Positions 20,792 to 31,680 are shown, numbered from the stretch's first letter. The stretch is DNA of 63,553 nucleotides from Verrucomicrobiota bacterium (GCA_039806935.1 JBDHQH010000006.1:1-63553), one strand, 5' to 3'. A program made the numbers and translations. Notes: generated by a model from the letters alone, not told the origin.

Positions 20792-23134
20792 TCAGACCGG
20801 CGCCTCGGCGGGGAGAATCGCCTCGCGACGCCCGAAAAGCAGACGGAGGCTGTTCACCACCACCACCACCGTGCTGCCCTCATGACCCACAACGCCTATG
20901 GTAAGGGGGATCTCGCCGAGCAACGCGAACGTGACCAGGATCGCCACCGTGCCGAGAGAAATCACCAGATTTTGACGAATGATCCGCCGAGCGCGCCGGC
21001 TGAGTCGGAAAGCGGCCAGGAAATTTTCGAGCCGGTCGTGCATCAACACCACGTCCGCTTGTTCGAGAGCCGCATCAGCGCCGCGGGCGCCCATGGCGAC
21101 GCCAATGTGAGCGGCAGCGAGGCTGGGGGCGTCGTTCACGCCATCGCCCACCATGGCCACAACCTGCCCCGCCCCCGTCAGCGAGCGAATGGCCTCGAGT
21201 TTTTCCTCGGGCTTGAGCTCGGCCCGGACATCATCGACCGGCAAGCTGGCCCGGATATGCGCCGCCGCCGCCTGGCGATCGCCGGTAAGCACCAGCGTGG
21301 CGAGCCCTTCCTCCCGCATCTCCCGCAAAACCCGCGCGGCTTGCGGGCGAAGGTCATCGCGCAGAATCAACCGGCCGAGCAGATCGCCGGCGGCCAGCCA
21401 GATTTCGGCAGCGCCCGGCTCGGTGGCGGGCACCCCGGACATGGCCGGAGGCTCGGGGCCAGCGGTGATCCAGTCGCGCTTGCCGAGGCGGCATTCACGT
21501 CCTTGATAGCGCGCCTTGAGACCGTGGCCGGTCACCGACTCGAATTGACTCAATGCGCGGCCCTCGAGTCCCGCCTGCTTCCCGTGGCGCGTGACGGCCC
21601 GGGCGAGCGGATGCGTCGAAAGCCGCTCCAGCGAATACGCCAGACGGGCCACTTCAACCTCGCGTCCGGCAGGAAAACTCTCAATCCGCTCGACCGTCAA
21701 TTCGCCGGTGGTCAGGGTGCCGGTCTTATCAAGGGCAACCGTGGTGATCGCCGCGAGCTTCTCGACCGCCGCGCCGCCGCGAAACAGGATCCCCTGGCGG
21801 GCGCCCCAGGCGATCGCGGCCAGCACCGCGGAAGGGATCGATAACACCAACGCGCACGGAGAGGCCACCACCAACAGAATCATCGTATGATAGAAGGCGC
21901 TTCGTTGCGGTCCCGCCGAAACAAACGGAGCGCGTCCGAAACCCAGCCACCAGACGAAAAACATGGCCAGTGACAGGCCCAAAACCAGGTAGGTGTAATA
22001 GGCGCTGAACCGGTCGGCGAACAACTGCGCGGGCGCCTTCTGAAGCTGCGCCTCCCGGATGAGGCGAATGATTTTTTGGAGCGCGCTTTGCTCCACACCC
22101 CGCAAGGCGCTGGCCTCGACGGCCCCCCACAAATTGAGAGTGCCGGACAGGACCGTGTCCCCGGGCCGCTTTTCCACCGGGGTCGCCTCGCCAGTGAGGT
22201 TCGATTCGTCGGCGGCGGTCTCGCCTTTCACGATTTCGGCATCGACTGGAAAATAGGCGCCGGGCCGGATGAGCAACCGCATGCCGCGGACGACGGCCTC
22301 GACCTTGGTCGCGCGCTCGCGGCCCTCCGCATCAAGCACGGCGGCAAACTTGGGAGCTTCGCGGAAAAGCGCCCTGATTTCGCGCTGCGTGCGCCCCAGC
22401 GCGAAATGCTCCAGCGCGCCGGAGAGGGAAAATAGAAACAACAACGCCGCACCCTCGCCCCAGGCGCCGATGCTGGCGCTGCCCGCCGCGACGGCCAGCA
22501 TCAGCAGATGAACGTCGATGGCGCGTTTCCGCAAGCGCTCCCAAACTTCGATCGCCGGATACCAACCGCCCGCCACGTAAGCGGCCAGAAACAACCAGAT
22601 GGAAAACGGCTGCGCGCGAAAAAACCATGCGCCCAGCCCGAACCAGCCGCAGAGCACCGCCGCTCCGAGTTGCGCCTTCCATTCGTCCACCTCATTTGCG
22701 TGCTCGATGAACTCGACATCACGCTGAACCACTTTGGGCCAGGGAAGATCCCGCCAGCGCCAAAGCAAGGGCGAGGTCGGACAGGTCACCCGGGCGATCA
22801 TCGTGCGATCGCCTTCATGGCTGACACGGATCCTTGCTCTTTGCGGATCGGGCAGGGGTGTCTCACAGGTGGCGCAATCGCCCTGGCCGCTCAGGAGCGC
22901 GCAGCCGCGCTCCGCCTCGCCGGCGCGCGCTTCCTGGAAGGTCTCGGAAATGCGCCGGGCCACGCGCGAGGCATCCGTTCGGCCCAGCGTAGCCACTGAG
23001 ATCGTCTTGCGACCACGATCGATCGTCACCGCCTCAATCGTCGGGTCCTCCACCAGGGCGCCCGCCACCGACCGCGCGAGGCAGGCAGCGTGCTTTCCGC
23101 GCGTGTCTTCGTCCCTCTGGGGTCCGAATTTCAT
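20792..23134 (-). CDS. Heavy-metal P1B-type ATPase, subgroup P1B-4 (Co/Zn/Fe)
   Basis: [36 protein letters not shown]. Confidence 0.9.
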   Translation of the reverse strand: MKFGPQRDEDTRGKHAACLARSVAGALVEDPTIEAVTIDRGRKTISVATLGRTDASRVARRISETFQEARAGEAERGCALLSGQGDCATCETPLPDPQRARIRVSHEGDRTMIARVTCPTSPLLWRWRDLPWPKVVQRDVEFIEHANEVDEWKAQLGAAVLCGWFGLGAWFFRAQPFSIWLFLAAYVAGGWYPAIEVWERLRKRAIDVHLLMLAVAAGSASIGAWGEGAALLFLFSLSGALEHFALGRTQREIRALFREAPKFAAVLDAEGRERATKVEAVVRGMRLLIRPGAYFPVDAEIVKGETAADESNLTGEATPVEKRPGDTVLSGTLNLWGAVEASALRGVEQSALQKIIRLIREAQLQKAPAQLFADRFSAYYTYLVLGLSLAMFFVWWLGFGRAPFVSAGPQRSAFYHTMILLVVASPCALVLSIPSAVLAAIAWGARQGILFRGGAAVEKLAAITTVALDKTGTLTTGELTVERIESFPAGREVEVARLAYSLERLSTHPLARAVTRHGKQAGLEGRALSQFESVTGHGLKARYQGRECRLGKRDWITAGPEPPAMSGVPATEPGAAEIWLAAGDLLGRLILRDDLRPQAARVLREMREEGLATLVLTGDRQAAAAHIRASLPVDDVRAELKPEEKLEAIRSLTGAGQVVAMVGDGVNDAPSLAAAHIGVAMGARGADAALEQADVVLMHDRLENFLAAFRLSRRARRIIRQNLVISLGTVAILVTFALLGEIPLTIGVVGHEGSTVVVVVNSLRLLFGRREAILPAEAPV

Positions 23135-23224
23135 GTTGCCGTCCTGCCAAGAAGCTTAGCTCCGGAGACCCGGTGGCGCCACAGAAGAAAAGGGCGCCTC
23201 GCTCCCGGGCGCTGCCATCCCAGT

Positions 23225-23956
23225 CTAGTCTCTCAATTCCAACACGAGGGCGCCTGGTTCGATCCGCAGACTCTTGATGCCTTGCAGCAACGGCCGGCCC
23301 GACGCTTTCGCTCCCAGAGCGTCCGAGAGCAAGTTTTCACCTTTCAACCCGGCCAACCACGCCTGGGGAAGGCTCACCCCAAAAACCGTTATGTCCTCGA
23401 GGACTGCCAGCGGTTGGCTCCCATTCCCGATCGAAACGCGAAAACGCCCGCGCGCCCGGAACATCTTCCCGCCGCCCAACGGAAAATCCTGGGGGATCGG
23501 CACCGCCAGATAGGCATTGATCGCATCGCGTTCGAATTGCAGGCGAACGGTTCGGCCCAGGTCGGTGTTCACGTTCAGCAAGCCATTGATTTCGCGTTCG
23601 GTAAGCCGGAGCTCTTTGCCTCCAGCCGCGTAGGATTCCGGCGGCGCGGGTGGCAAATCGATGGATCCAGGGAGCTCCACCAAATCGCGCCTGGCCGTGC
23701 CGGAAGGTGGGGTTGGATTCTTTTGCCGAGTCATCTCGGGCGATTCGACGGACTCCAATTTTTGGTCCAACACCGTCTTTTCCTTGCGCGACAAGACCAC
23801 TGGTTTGATTGGCCGTTGTATCCACCAAACCGTAAAAACAGCCGTGCCCGCCATCAGCAGCAGCAAAGCGAGCAAACCGCCCAAGCCGTACCACAGCCAC
23901 GCTCGCTGCCGAGCGGGCCGGGCGGCACCGTCCGGAGATGGAGAATCTGATGCCAT
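23225..23956 (-). CDS. Membrane-anchored hypothetical protein
   Basis: Single N-terminal TM helix, then soluble domain ([10 protein letters not shown]...DFPLGGGK...[14 protein letters not shown]). Confidence 0.7.
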   Translation of the reverse strand: MASDSPSPDGAARPARQRAWLWYGLGGLLALLLLMAGTAVFTVWWIQRPIKPVVLSRKEKTVLDQKLESVESPEMTRQKNPTPPSGTARRDLVELPGSIDLPPAPPESYAAGGKELRLTEREINGLLNVNTDLGRTVRLQFERDAINAYLAVPIPQDFPLGGGKMFRARGRFRVSIGNGSQPLAVLEDITVFGVSLPQAWLAGLKGENLLSDALGAKASGRPLLQGIKSLRIEPGALVLELRD

Positions 23957-24072
23957 GGTATTCAGCACGAGTTTTGCTCAACCCTACTCGAAACCGCGCC
24001 AGGGCAAAAGAGTTTTATCCTTGGCGTTTCGACGGCGTTGACCATCCCGGCGGTTTGGCTCAAGCTGGAGGC

Positions 24073-25152
24073 ATGGCCAATAGTTTCGGACATCTGTTTC
24101 GCATCACCACCTGGGGCGAGTCCCATGGTGGCGGCGTCGGCGTCGTCGTGGACGGTTGCCCGCCGCGACTGCAACTGACCGAGGCGGATATCCAACCGGA
24201 TCTCGATCGCCGGCGGCCGGGTCAATCCAGGATTGTCACACCCCGGAAGGAGACCGACACGGTTCAGATTTTTTCCGGCACCTTCGAGGGCAAGACGCTG
24301 GGAACCCCGATCAGCATGTGGGTCAAAAATGAGGATGCGCGCCCGGAAGCGTATTCGGAAATGGCGACCAAGTTTCGCCCCTCGCACGCGGACTACACCT
24401 ATCAGGCCAAATATGGCATTCGCAATTGGCAGGGCGGCGGCCGCAGCAGCGCGCGCGAGACCATCGGGCGCGTCGCGGCGGGGGCCGTTGCCAAAAAACT
24501 GCTGCGCGAGCGTTTCGGCGTGGAGGTGCTCGCCTACGTCAAGCAAGTCCACCGCCTCCGGGCGGAGGCGGATCCGGCCTCCGTCCAAGTGACCGAAATC
24601 GAGTCCAACATCGTGCGCTGCCCCGATCCCGCCACCGCCGAAAAAATGATCCGGCTCATCGATCGCGTCCGCCGCCAGGGAGACACCGTGGGTGGGATCG
24701 TGGAGGGGGTCGCCCGCGGCGTGCCGCCCGGCTGGGGCGAACCCGTGTTTGATAAACTGGAGGCGGATCTCGCCAAAGCGATGCTGAGCCTGCCCGCTTC
24801 GAAGGGCTTCGAGGTCGGCTCGGGCTTCGGCGGCATTCTGCTGACCGGCCGCGCGCATAATGATCCGTTTCGCGCCCGCGCGGGCAAGGTCCACGCTGTC
24901 TCGAACCGCTCCGGCGGCATTCAGGGCGGCATCAGCAACGGCGAGATCATTCATTTTCGAGTGGCGTTCAAACCGGTGGCCACCATCATGCTGGAGCAGG
25001 AGACCGTGGACACCCGGCATAAAAACACCACCCTCAAGGGCCGCGGTCGCCATGACCCCTGTGTGCTGCCCCGCGCCGTTCCGATGGTCGAGGCGATGAC
25101 CGCGCTGGTGCTGGTGGATCACGCGCTGCGCCATCAGGCGCAGTGCGGCTGA
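24073..25152 (+). CDS. aroC: Chorismate synthase
   Basis: [47 protein letters not shown]; GGAGG RBS. Confidence 0.96.
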   Translation: MANSFGHLFRITTWGESHGGGVGVVVDGCPPRLQLTEADIQPDLDRRRPGQSRIVTPRKETDTVQIFSGTFEGKTLGTPISMWVKNEDARPEAYSEMATKFRPSHADYTYQAKYGIRNWQGGGRSSARETIGRVAAGAVAKKLLRERFGVEVLAYVKQVHRLRAEADPASVQVTEIESNIVRCPDPATAEKMIRLIDRVRRQGDTVGGIVEGVARGVPPGWGEPVFDKLEADLAKAMLSLPASKGFEVGSGFGGILLTGRAHNDPFRARAGKVHAVSNRSGGIQGGISNGEIIHFRVAFKPVATIMLEQETVDTRHKNTTLKGRGRHDPCVLPRAVPMVEAMTALVLVDHALRHQAQCG

Positions 25153-25257
25153 GCATCCCTGACGCGGAGCAAGGCAGGGGCAGCCAAAGCCAAAAAAGCG
25201 GTGGTGCCGGGTGTTGGGCCATGTTACAACAGCTATGGATTGGGAAGCGAGCAGCCG

Positions 25258-25734
25258 ATGAAAATCACCGAAGCATTAATGGCCGAGCATCTGGTCTTCC
25301 ACAACATGTTCGATTGTCTGGAGGCGGCGGTGCCCAGGCTCAAGACTCTGGCCGAAGTCAAAACTTTAGCGGGGCTGATGGAAACCATGCTCCGGGCGCA
25401 TTCGGATACCGAAGACGAACTCTTCCTCGGGCCCCTCGAGCATTGTTTCGAGGAAATCGGCCAGCGGGAGAGTTTCCACGAGGAGCATGTGGAAATTGAT
25501 GAGAGCCTCAAGCGCGTCCGCCACGCGCGGCAACTGAAATCCGCGCGCGAATTGCTCCTGGCCGCCGTTGCCTACTCGCGGCGGCACTTTGATCGCGAGG
25601 AGCGGATCGTTTTCCCGATGGCTGAGCGCGTGCTCAAGGCCAAGACCCTCTCGGGCCTGGGCCAGGCCTGGATGAACCAGCGTAATGACGCCGTCCCGGT
25701 CGCAGCCGCGCAGCGCCCCGCAATCGGGAGCTGA
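25258..25734 (+). CDS. Hemerythrin-like (HHE) domain protein
   Basis: LMAEH, HSDTEDELF, EEH, HFDREERIVFP pattern. Confidence 0.8.
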   Translation: MKITEALMAEHLVFHNMFDCLEAAVPRLKTLAEVKTLAGLMETMLRAHSDTEDELFLGPLEHCFEEIGQRESFHEEHVEIDESLKRVRHARQLKSARELLLAAVAYSRRHFDREERIVFPMAERVLKAKTLSGLGQAWMNQRNDAVPVAAAQRPAIGS

Positions 25735-25772
25735 TCCCACACTTCTGTTTTGCCGGCCAACGTCCGTCCCGC

Positions 25773-26582
25773 TTATAACTGATCCAGCGCCGCCCGCACA
25801 CCCGCGACCAGCGCCGCCACGCGCACGGAGAGTGGAAAATCCGATGGCGCTTCGAGAGTGTAACTCCGCCGCGTTTTGTGGGTCAGCAAATAAAACGCCT
25901 CTGGCCAATCCGGGCGGGAGCGCGGGTCTGACAGGGGGCGAATCAGACCGCTTTGGGCCGCCATCCCCTCGATCACTTCCGAAGGATCAAGCGGACAAAC
26001 CCGCTCCACGCGCGCCAGCATTTCCGGGGCGAGCGAAGGGAGATTGTCAGGATTCAATTCATACAGGTAAAAGCCTTGCGACTCCCAGTCTTCATGCAGG
26101 CATAAAGCCAGGTCAAACCGGGGTTGACGCTCGAGCCAACGAATGTGCGCGACGATCTCCGGCGCGGCCGGCTTCCGGTATTGGCGGTTCAAATCCAGGC
26201 CCGAGGCGCATTCGCGGGTTCCCCGCGCGAGTCCGGTGGGATTGAGGCAAGGGACCATCCACAAGTTGAGGTCGGAGCGCCAGGCGTTGGCGCGGATCAA
26301 CTCGCGCGCGGCCAAAGGTCCCGCCGGTTCGTCGCCATGGATGCCGGTGGAAATATACACCGCGGGCCCTCCGGTTCGCGCCGCGGCGCGGTGGAGCGCC
26401 ACCAACTCCGGCGCGGGAAGAAAAACCTCCGCTGACCAGCCGGATTGGGCGGCGGCCCGGCGGAGATCGGCCATGACGGCCTGAAGCTCGATTCGCTCGC
26501 CGAAATAACCGTTTACGTTTTTTCCCAGCCGCTGCGCCAGGGCGGCCGGACGCTCCCAAGGTTCCCTTTCCGAGTAACGCAC
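25773..26582 (-). CDS. M14-family metallopeptidase / succinylglutamate desuccinylase-like
   Basis: GIHGDEPAG, LNPTG...DLNR, LHEDWES, TLEAPS; start uncertain (GTG 26582); the longer called ORF overlaps bioB. Confidence 0.8.
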   Translation of the reverse strand: MRYSEREPWERPAALAQRLGKNVNGYFGERIELQAVMADLRRAAAQSGWSAEVFLPAPELVALHRAAARTGGPAVYISTGIHGDEPAGPLAARELIRANAWRSDLNLWMVPCLNPTGLARGTRECASGLDLNRQYRKPAAPEIVAHIRWLERQPRFDLALCLHEDWESQGFYLYELNPDNLPSLAPEMLARVERVCPLDPSEVIEGMAAQSGLIRPLSDPRSRPDWPEAFYLLTHKTRRSYTLEAPSDFPLSVRVAALVAGVRAALDQL

Positions 26583-26590
26583 GCGGTAAT

Positions 26591-27655
26591 CTACGCGGTC
26601 TGCGGCTGGTCGCAAAAACCGTGTTTGTCCCATCCCGGATCCAAACCGAGATCTTTGAGCATCTGCAAATCCTTCTCGACCGGTTCGTTGATGGTTGTGA
26701 GATAATTGCCCACCATCAACCCGCTGGCGCCGGCCATGAAAATCATGCTCTGCAGCCCGCGCAAATTGACGCTGCGCCCGCCGGCGACGGAAATTTCCTG
26801 GCGCGGCAAAATCAAGCGGAAACAGGCGATCGACTTCAAAATTTCCATCGGGCTCAGCGGCTCCTGGTTGGCGAAGGGTGTGCCCGCGACGGGATTCAAA
26901 AAATTCATGGGCACCATGTGCGCGCCCACCTCTTTCAGACTGAAGGCCAGGTCGCAACGGTCTTCGCGGGTCTCTCCCATGCCTAAAATCCCACCGGAGC
27001 AAATCTTCACTCCCGCCTGCTTCAAATACTTGATCGTCTGGACTCGTTCCTCGTAGGTATGCGTGGAGCAAACTTCCGGAAAATGCCTCCGCGAGGTCTC
27101 CAAATTGTGATTGTAGCATTCCAGGCCGGAGGCGCGCAACCGGTCCGCCACCGCCTGCCGCGTGATGATGCCGAGCGAGGCATCCGGACGCGCTTTGCCG
27201 CTGTCCCGCATCGCCTCCAACTGGGCGCAAATGTCATCCAGCACCGGCCCCTCCTCCAGGCCCTTCCAGGCCGCCACCACGCTCAGCGCGGTAACTCCGT
27301 ATTCGTCGGCTTCCTCGAGCGCGCGATTGAGCGCCTCGGGCTCCACCAACCCGTAGCGCGGCGCGTCAGTTTGATAAACCGCTGATTGTGAGCAAAATTT
27401 GCAGTTTTCCGAACACCCGCCCGCCTTGACGTTCACAATCGAGCATAGATGAATCTTGTTCCCCTTGTAATGTTCCCGGATCCGGTTCGCCCACGACATC
27501 AGATCGTAGATGTCCACCGTAGCCTCCAGATGGAAGAGCCAAAGCGCATCCTCCCGGGACAGCTCGGCTCCGCCGAGCACCGCCCGCCCCAGGGCGGCGA
27601 TCCGCTCGTGGTTGGTTGCGTCAAACAGTTCACTCATGATAGTTGACGCAAACAT
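26591..27655 (-). CDS. bioB: Biotin synthase
   Basis: CSENCKFCSQS radical SAM motif, YNHNLETS, THTYEER, CSGGILGMGE, VPMNFL, GNYLTT; start may be 27637. Confidence 0.92.
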   Translation of the reverse strand: MFASTIMSELFDATNHERIAALGRAVLGGAELSREDALWLFHLEATVDIYDLMSWANRIREHYKGNKIHLCSIVNVKAGGCSENCKFCSQSAVYQTDAPRYGLVEPEALNRALEEADEYGVTALSVVAAWKGLEEGPVLDDICAQLEAMRDSGKARPDASLGIITRQAVADRLRASGLECYNHNLETSRRHFPEVCSTHTYEERVQTIKYLKQAGVKICSGGILGMGETREDRCDLAFSLKEVGAHMVPMNFLNPVAGTPFANQEPLSPMEILKSIACFRLILPRQEISVAGGRSVNLRGLQSMIFMAGASGLMVGNYLTTINEPVEKDLQMLKDLGLDPGWDKHGFCDQPQTA

Positions 27656-27686
27656 AGCGCCCAGCAGAGTGTCTGCAAAGGGGAAA

Positions 27687-27953
27687 TCAATGCGCTATGC
27701 CGCCGCCGGCGCCTCTGCCCAGTGGAGGCGCGGTGCGGGCGGTTGGTTCCTCCGTGTCCAACGGCATGACGATATCGCATTTCTGCTCATCGAATTTGAG
27801 GACGATGTGCAGATCATTGAGATGGTTGGCCACGCAGAATTCGATCGCCGCGGAGGAACTGAGAAAATCCGCGGCCTCCGCACTGTCCCGCGTCCATGTC
27901 CCCACATCCTTGAGGTAAAGCCCTGTGTTCCTTTGCTGGAGAACAATTCGCAT
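27687..27953 (-). CDS. Small hypothetical protein (88 aa)
   Basis: MRIVLQQRNTGLYL...WT...DF...AIEFC...IVLKF; GAAGGA upstream of ATG. Confidence 0.65.
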   Translation of the reverse strand: MRIVLQQRNTGLYLKDVGTWTRDSAEAADFLSSSAAIEFCVANHLNDLHIVLKFDEQKCDIVMPLDTEEPTARTAPPLGRGAGGGIAH

Positions 27954-28109
27954 AAATTCCTTCAGCGGCGACTGTCGAACCTTACGCGCTCGCGGTGAAT
28001 TCTACAATGAGAATTATCCTCCGCCGAACGTAAGCGCAATCTCCTTCCGGTCACCCCGCGCTCAAGAAAGATTGCGGCGAGAGCGGGGGTGCAGTACTAA
28101 AGGACAGGA

Positions 28110-29198
28110 ATGCGATTTATCGGGAGCATCATCGAGAAACTGCAGCGGCATCCGAAGCGAATTGTCTTCCCGGAAGGACATGAGCCGCGGATTTTGCAGG
28201 CGGCGCGGCAATTCTATTCGCTGCGCCTTGGCGCGCCGATTCTGCTGGGAGATCGCGCGCGGATCAAGGAAACCGCCGAGGCCCTGAACATTTCCATCGA
28301 AGGGATCCGGATCATCAATCCGCAACAGAGCGAGGAATTGGAGAACTTCGCGCGCCGGTTCGAGATTTTGCGGCGCGGGAGAGGATTGAAGGGACTCGAG
28401 GCGCGCGAGGCGATGGCGCAGCCGAATTACTTCGGAGCGATGATGGTGGCGATGCGCCAGGCGGATGGTTTTGTCTCCGGCGCCAATCAAAACACGGGCA
28501 GTGTGCTCCGTCCGCTCTTTCAAATCATCAAAGTGGCGCCGCAGGCATCAACTGCGTCAAGCTGTCTGTTGATGGAAGTCGAAGATTCGGGCTATGGCCA
28601 GAATGGGGTACTGTTCATGGCTGACTGCGGAGTAATTCCGGAGCCTTCGGTCGAGCAATTGGCGGATATTGCCGTTTCCACGGCGCAACTTGCGCGGCAT
28701 TTGCTGGGAGTGCGGCCGCGCGCCGCCCTGTTGTCGTTTTCGACTAAAGGCAGCTCGAACCACCCCTCGCTGGGCCGCATTCAAGCGGCCGCCGCGCTGG
28801 CCGGGAAGCAAGCCGCGGAAAAGGGTCTCGACGCGGATTTCGAAGGTGAGCTGCAGGTCGATGCCGCCCTAGTCCGAGAGAGCGCCGAGGCCAAGAACCC
28901 CGGCGGGCGCATTCCCGGGAACGCCAACGTGCTGATTTTTCCCGACCTCAACTCCGGGCACATCGCCAGCACTCTAGTGCGGCATATCACCCGGGCCAAC
29001 GCTTACGGCCACATCCTTCTCGGTCTGGACCACCCCGCCGCCGACGTGACGCGCGACTCGAACGCGCATGACATCCTCGGGGTAGCCGCCATTGTCGGCC
29101 TCCAAGCCATCGATTACCAACTGCTCTGGCCCGGCTCTGGACAAAAGCTGCCGGGCGAGGAGGCGGGCAAAGACACGCCCGCCGCGATTCCGAACTGA
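28110..29198 (+). CDS. pta: Phosphate acetyltransferase (PTA/PTB family, short form)
   Basis: RIVFPEG, NYFGAMMV...ADGFVSGA, MADCGVIPEP, LSFSTKGS, GELQVDAAL, ANVLIFPDLNSG. Confidence 0.8.
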   Translation: MRFIGSIIEKLQRHPKRIVFPEGHEPRILQAARQFYSLRLGAPILLGDRARIKETAEALNISIEGIRIINPQQSEELENFARRFEILRRGRGLKGLEAREAMAQPNYFGAMMVAMRQADGFVSGANQNTGSVLRPLFQIIKVAPQASTASSCLLMEVEDSGYGQNGVLFMADCGVIPEPSVEQLADIAVSTAQLARHLLGVRPRAALLSFSTKGSSNHPSLGRIQAAAALAGKQAAEKGLDADFEGELQVDAALVRESAEAKNPGGRIPGNANVLIFPDLNSGHIASTLVRHITRANAYGHILLGLDHPAADVTRDSNAHDILGVAAIVGLQAIDYQLLWPGSGQKLPGEEAGKDTPAAIPN

Positions 29199-29206
29199 AA
29201 GCCGCC

Positions 29207-30319
29207 ATGACATTACCCTTCCCCACCAACCCGGCGCTGGCTTCGCTGCCGGTGTATCAACCGGGCCGCCCGATCGAAGAGGTCGCGCGCGAGTTGGGCC
29301 TCGCGCCCGACAGCATTATCAAACTCGCCTCGAACGAGAACCCGCTAGGCCCCTCGCGCCTGGCGGTGAAGGCGATGAAAACCGCTCTGGCGCAGGCTCA
29401 TTTGTACCCGGACGGCAGCGCGTTCTACTTGAAGCAAAAGCTCGCGGCCAGGCTGGGGCTGCGGCCGGAGAACCTGGTGCTGGGGAATGGCTCAAACGAA
29501 ATTCTGGAGATGCTCGGCCACGCCTTGCTGCACCCCGAGGCTGAAGTCGTCGTGGCGCAGTATTGCTTCGCTGTGTACCCGATCGTCACCGCCCTGTTCG
29601 GCGCAAAATTGGTGACGGTTCCCGCGAAGAACTACGGGCACGACCTGGACGCCATGCTGGCGGCGATCACCCCCGCAACCCGGCTGGTATTCGTGGCCAA
29701 TCCTAACAACCCAACCGGCACAACCATCCGGCCCGAGAAACTCGTCGAATTCGTGAAGGCCGTGCCCCGGAACGTGGTACTGGCGATGGATGAGGCCTAT
29801 CTCGAGTTTCTGGACGAGCCGCCCGACCTTGTGCCCGGGATCCGCGACGGCGGGCAGCCCAATGTGATTCTGCTGCGAACCTTCTCCAAAATCCATGGAC
29901 TGGCTGGCCTCCGGCTTGGTTACGGCATCGCCCAGCCGGAATTCATCGGAGCGCTCGAAAAGATCCGGCAGCCCTTCAACGTCAACGCCATCGCCCAGGC
30001 GGGCGCTCTGGCGGCGCTCGACGACGATCGCCACGCGGAAAGAACCCGACGTCTCAACGGGCGCGGCCTGAGGTTGTTCATGCGTGAATTCAAGAAGCTC
30101 GGACTGGAGTTTTTGAAATCCGGCGGCAATTTCATTCTGGTCCGGGTCGGCGAGGGCCAGCGGGTGTTTGCGGAACTGCAAAAACAAGGCGTGATCGCGC
30201 GTCCCATGGGGGGCTACCAGTTGCCGGAGTGGATCCGGATTTCAGTGGGCGCTCCCAAAGAAAACCGGCGCTGCCTGACGGCCCTGAAAGTCGCGCTGGG
30301 CCGGGCCGCGGCCGAATGA
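29207..30319 (+). CDS. hisC: Histidinol-phosphate aminotransferase
   Basis: YQPG, KLASNENPLG, YPD, GNGSNE, NPNNPTG, DEAY, RTFSKIHGLAGLRLGY. Confidence 0.93.
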   Translation: MTLPFPTNPALASLPVYQPGRPIEEVARELGLAPDSIIKLASNENPLGPSRLAVKAMKTALAQAHLYPDGSAFYLKQKLAARLGLRPENLVLGNGSNEILEMLGHALLHPEAEVVVAQYCFAVYPIVTALFGAKLVTVPAKNYGHDLDAMLAAITPATRLVFVANPNNPTGTTIRPEKLVEFVKAVPRNVVLAMDEAYLEFLDEPPDLVPGIRDGGQPNVILLRTFSKIHGLAGLRLGYGIAQPEFIGALEKIRQPFNVNAIAQAGALAALDDDRHAERTRRLNGRGLRLFMREFKKLGLEFLKSGGNFILVRVGEGQRVFAELQKQGVIARPMGGYQLPEWIRISVGAPKENRRCLTALKVALGRAAAE

Positions 30320-30374
30320 ATCCGCTGCCGTTCCACACCAGGCAAGCCCCATTTACTCTCGCGCGTTTACCCAA

Positions 30375-31655
30375 GTGAAACTCACGGATCTTCGAGGCAT
30401 TTTGCGCTACATCCCGCAATTTCGGGAGAAGGCCTTCGTGATCGCCGTCGATGGCGCGGTGGTTACCAACGAAAACTTCGGCAATATCCTGATGGATATC
30501 GCGGTGCTGCGCTCGCTCAACATTCGCGTGGTGCTGGGCCACGGCGCGTCGGCGCAAATCCGCGCGCTGGCCTCGGATCAAAACGTCGCCGCCTCAGATC
30601 TCGAGGGCAGCGGGATCACGGATGAAGCCACCCTCAAGCTGGCCCTGACGGCTGCCAACCGGCTGACGCATGAAATTCTGGAGGGATTGGCCGCCAACGA
30701 CCTCCGCGCCGCCTCGACCAACGCCATCATCGCCCACCCTCAGGGCATCCTCCACGGCGTGGACCACCTCTACACCGGCAAGGTTGAGCGGGTGGATGTT
30801 GAGTTTCTGCATAAATTGCTCGATGATGGCATCATCCCCGTGCTGCCGCCGCTCGGTTTCGACGGCGAGGGCAAAACCTACCGCGTGAATTCCGACTCGG
30901 TCGCGGTCTCTGTGGCCGAGGCGCTCAAGGCCGTGAAGCTGATCTACATCACTACTGAGGACGGTATCCGGGTCGGGGACAAGGTCATCCGGCAAATGCC
31001 TCTGGCGGATTTGGAGTCCGTGCTGGCCATCGAAAAAAACCAGGTTCATCCCGGCTTGCTCTCGAAAGCCGTGCATGCGGCGGCCGCCTGCCAGGCGGGA
31101 GTGCCGCGCGTGCATGTCATTAACGGGGCGGTGCAGGAAGGCTTACTCGCGGAAGTCTTCACCAACGAAGGGGTGGGCACCTTGATTTACGGAAACGAAT
31201 TCCAGCAAATTCGCCGCGCTCTCAAAAAGGACATCCGCCATATCCTCAATCTCACAAAATCCTCCGTGGCCAGTGAGGAACTGGTCAAGCGCACCCGCCC
31301 GGGCATCGAGCGCCAGTTGGGGGATTACTTTATTTTCGAGATCGATCGCAACCCGGTGGCTTGCGTGGCGTTGCACGTCTATCCCGAGCAGAAAAAAGGA
31401 GAACTTGCCTGTCTTTACGTCAGCCCGGCTCACGAAAACCACGGCATTGGCCGCAAACTGATCCAGTTCGTGGACACGAAGGCCCGCGAAATGGGTTTGT
31501 CCGACCTGGTCGCGCTCTCGACCCAGTCTTTCACCTATTTCCAGTCCAAGGGCGGCTATACCGAGGGCACCCCCGAGGATCTCCCGCCCGCCCGCCGCGA
31601 GCGGTACGAGCAAAGCGGTCGGCGATCGAAAATCCTGGTTAAAAAATTAAAATAA
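30375..31655 (+). CDS. argA: Amino-acid N-acetyltransferase (kinase-like plus GNAT domains)
   Basis: YIPQFREKAFVIAVDG, GVDHLYTGKV, GVPRVHVI, EVFTNEGVGT, GELACLYV, RRSKIL. Confidence 0.9.
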   Translation: MKLTDLRGILRYIPQFREKAFVIAVDGAVVTNENFGNILMDIAVLRSLNIRVVLGHGASAQIRALASDQNVAASDLEGSGITDEATLKLALTAANRLTHEILEGLAANDLRAASTNAIIAHPQGILHGVDHLYTGKVERVDVEFLHKLLDDGIIPVLPPLGFDGEGKTYRVNSDSVAVSVAEALKAVKLIYITTEDGIRVGDKVIRQMPLADLESVLAIEKNQVHPGLLSKAVHAAAACQAGVPRVHVINGAVQEGLLAEVFTNEGVGTLIYGNEFQQIRRALKKDIRHILNLTKSSVASEELVKRTRPGIERQLGDYFIFEIDRNPVACVALHVYPEQKKGELACLYVSPAHENHGIGRKLIQFVDTKAREMGLSDLVALSTQSFTYFQSKGGYTEGTPEDLPPARRERYEQSGRRSKILVKKLK

Positions 31656-31680
31656 GATGGCGCCCTTCATCCCCGCTGAG

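Noticed and set aside
20792-23134. P1B-4 ATPase as cobalt handler for the corrinoid operon
   Set aside because: About 16 kb away with unrelated genes between; no shared regulatory signal seen
26583-27230. Apparent long N-terminus of the M14 peptidase or a frameshift fusion with bioB
   Set aside because: Alternate frame of bioB; bioB is intact and peptidase similarity starts after its stop
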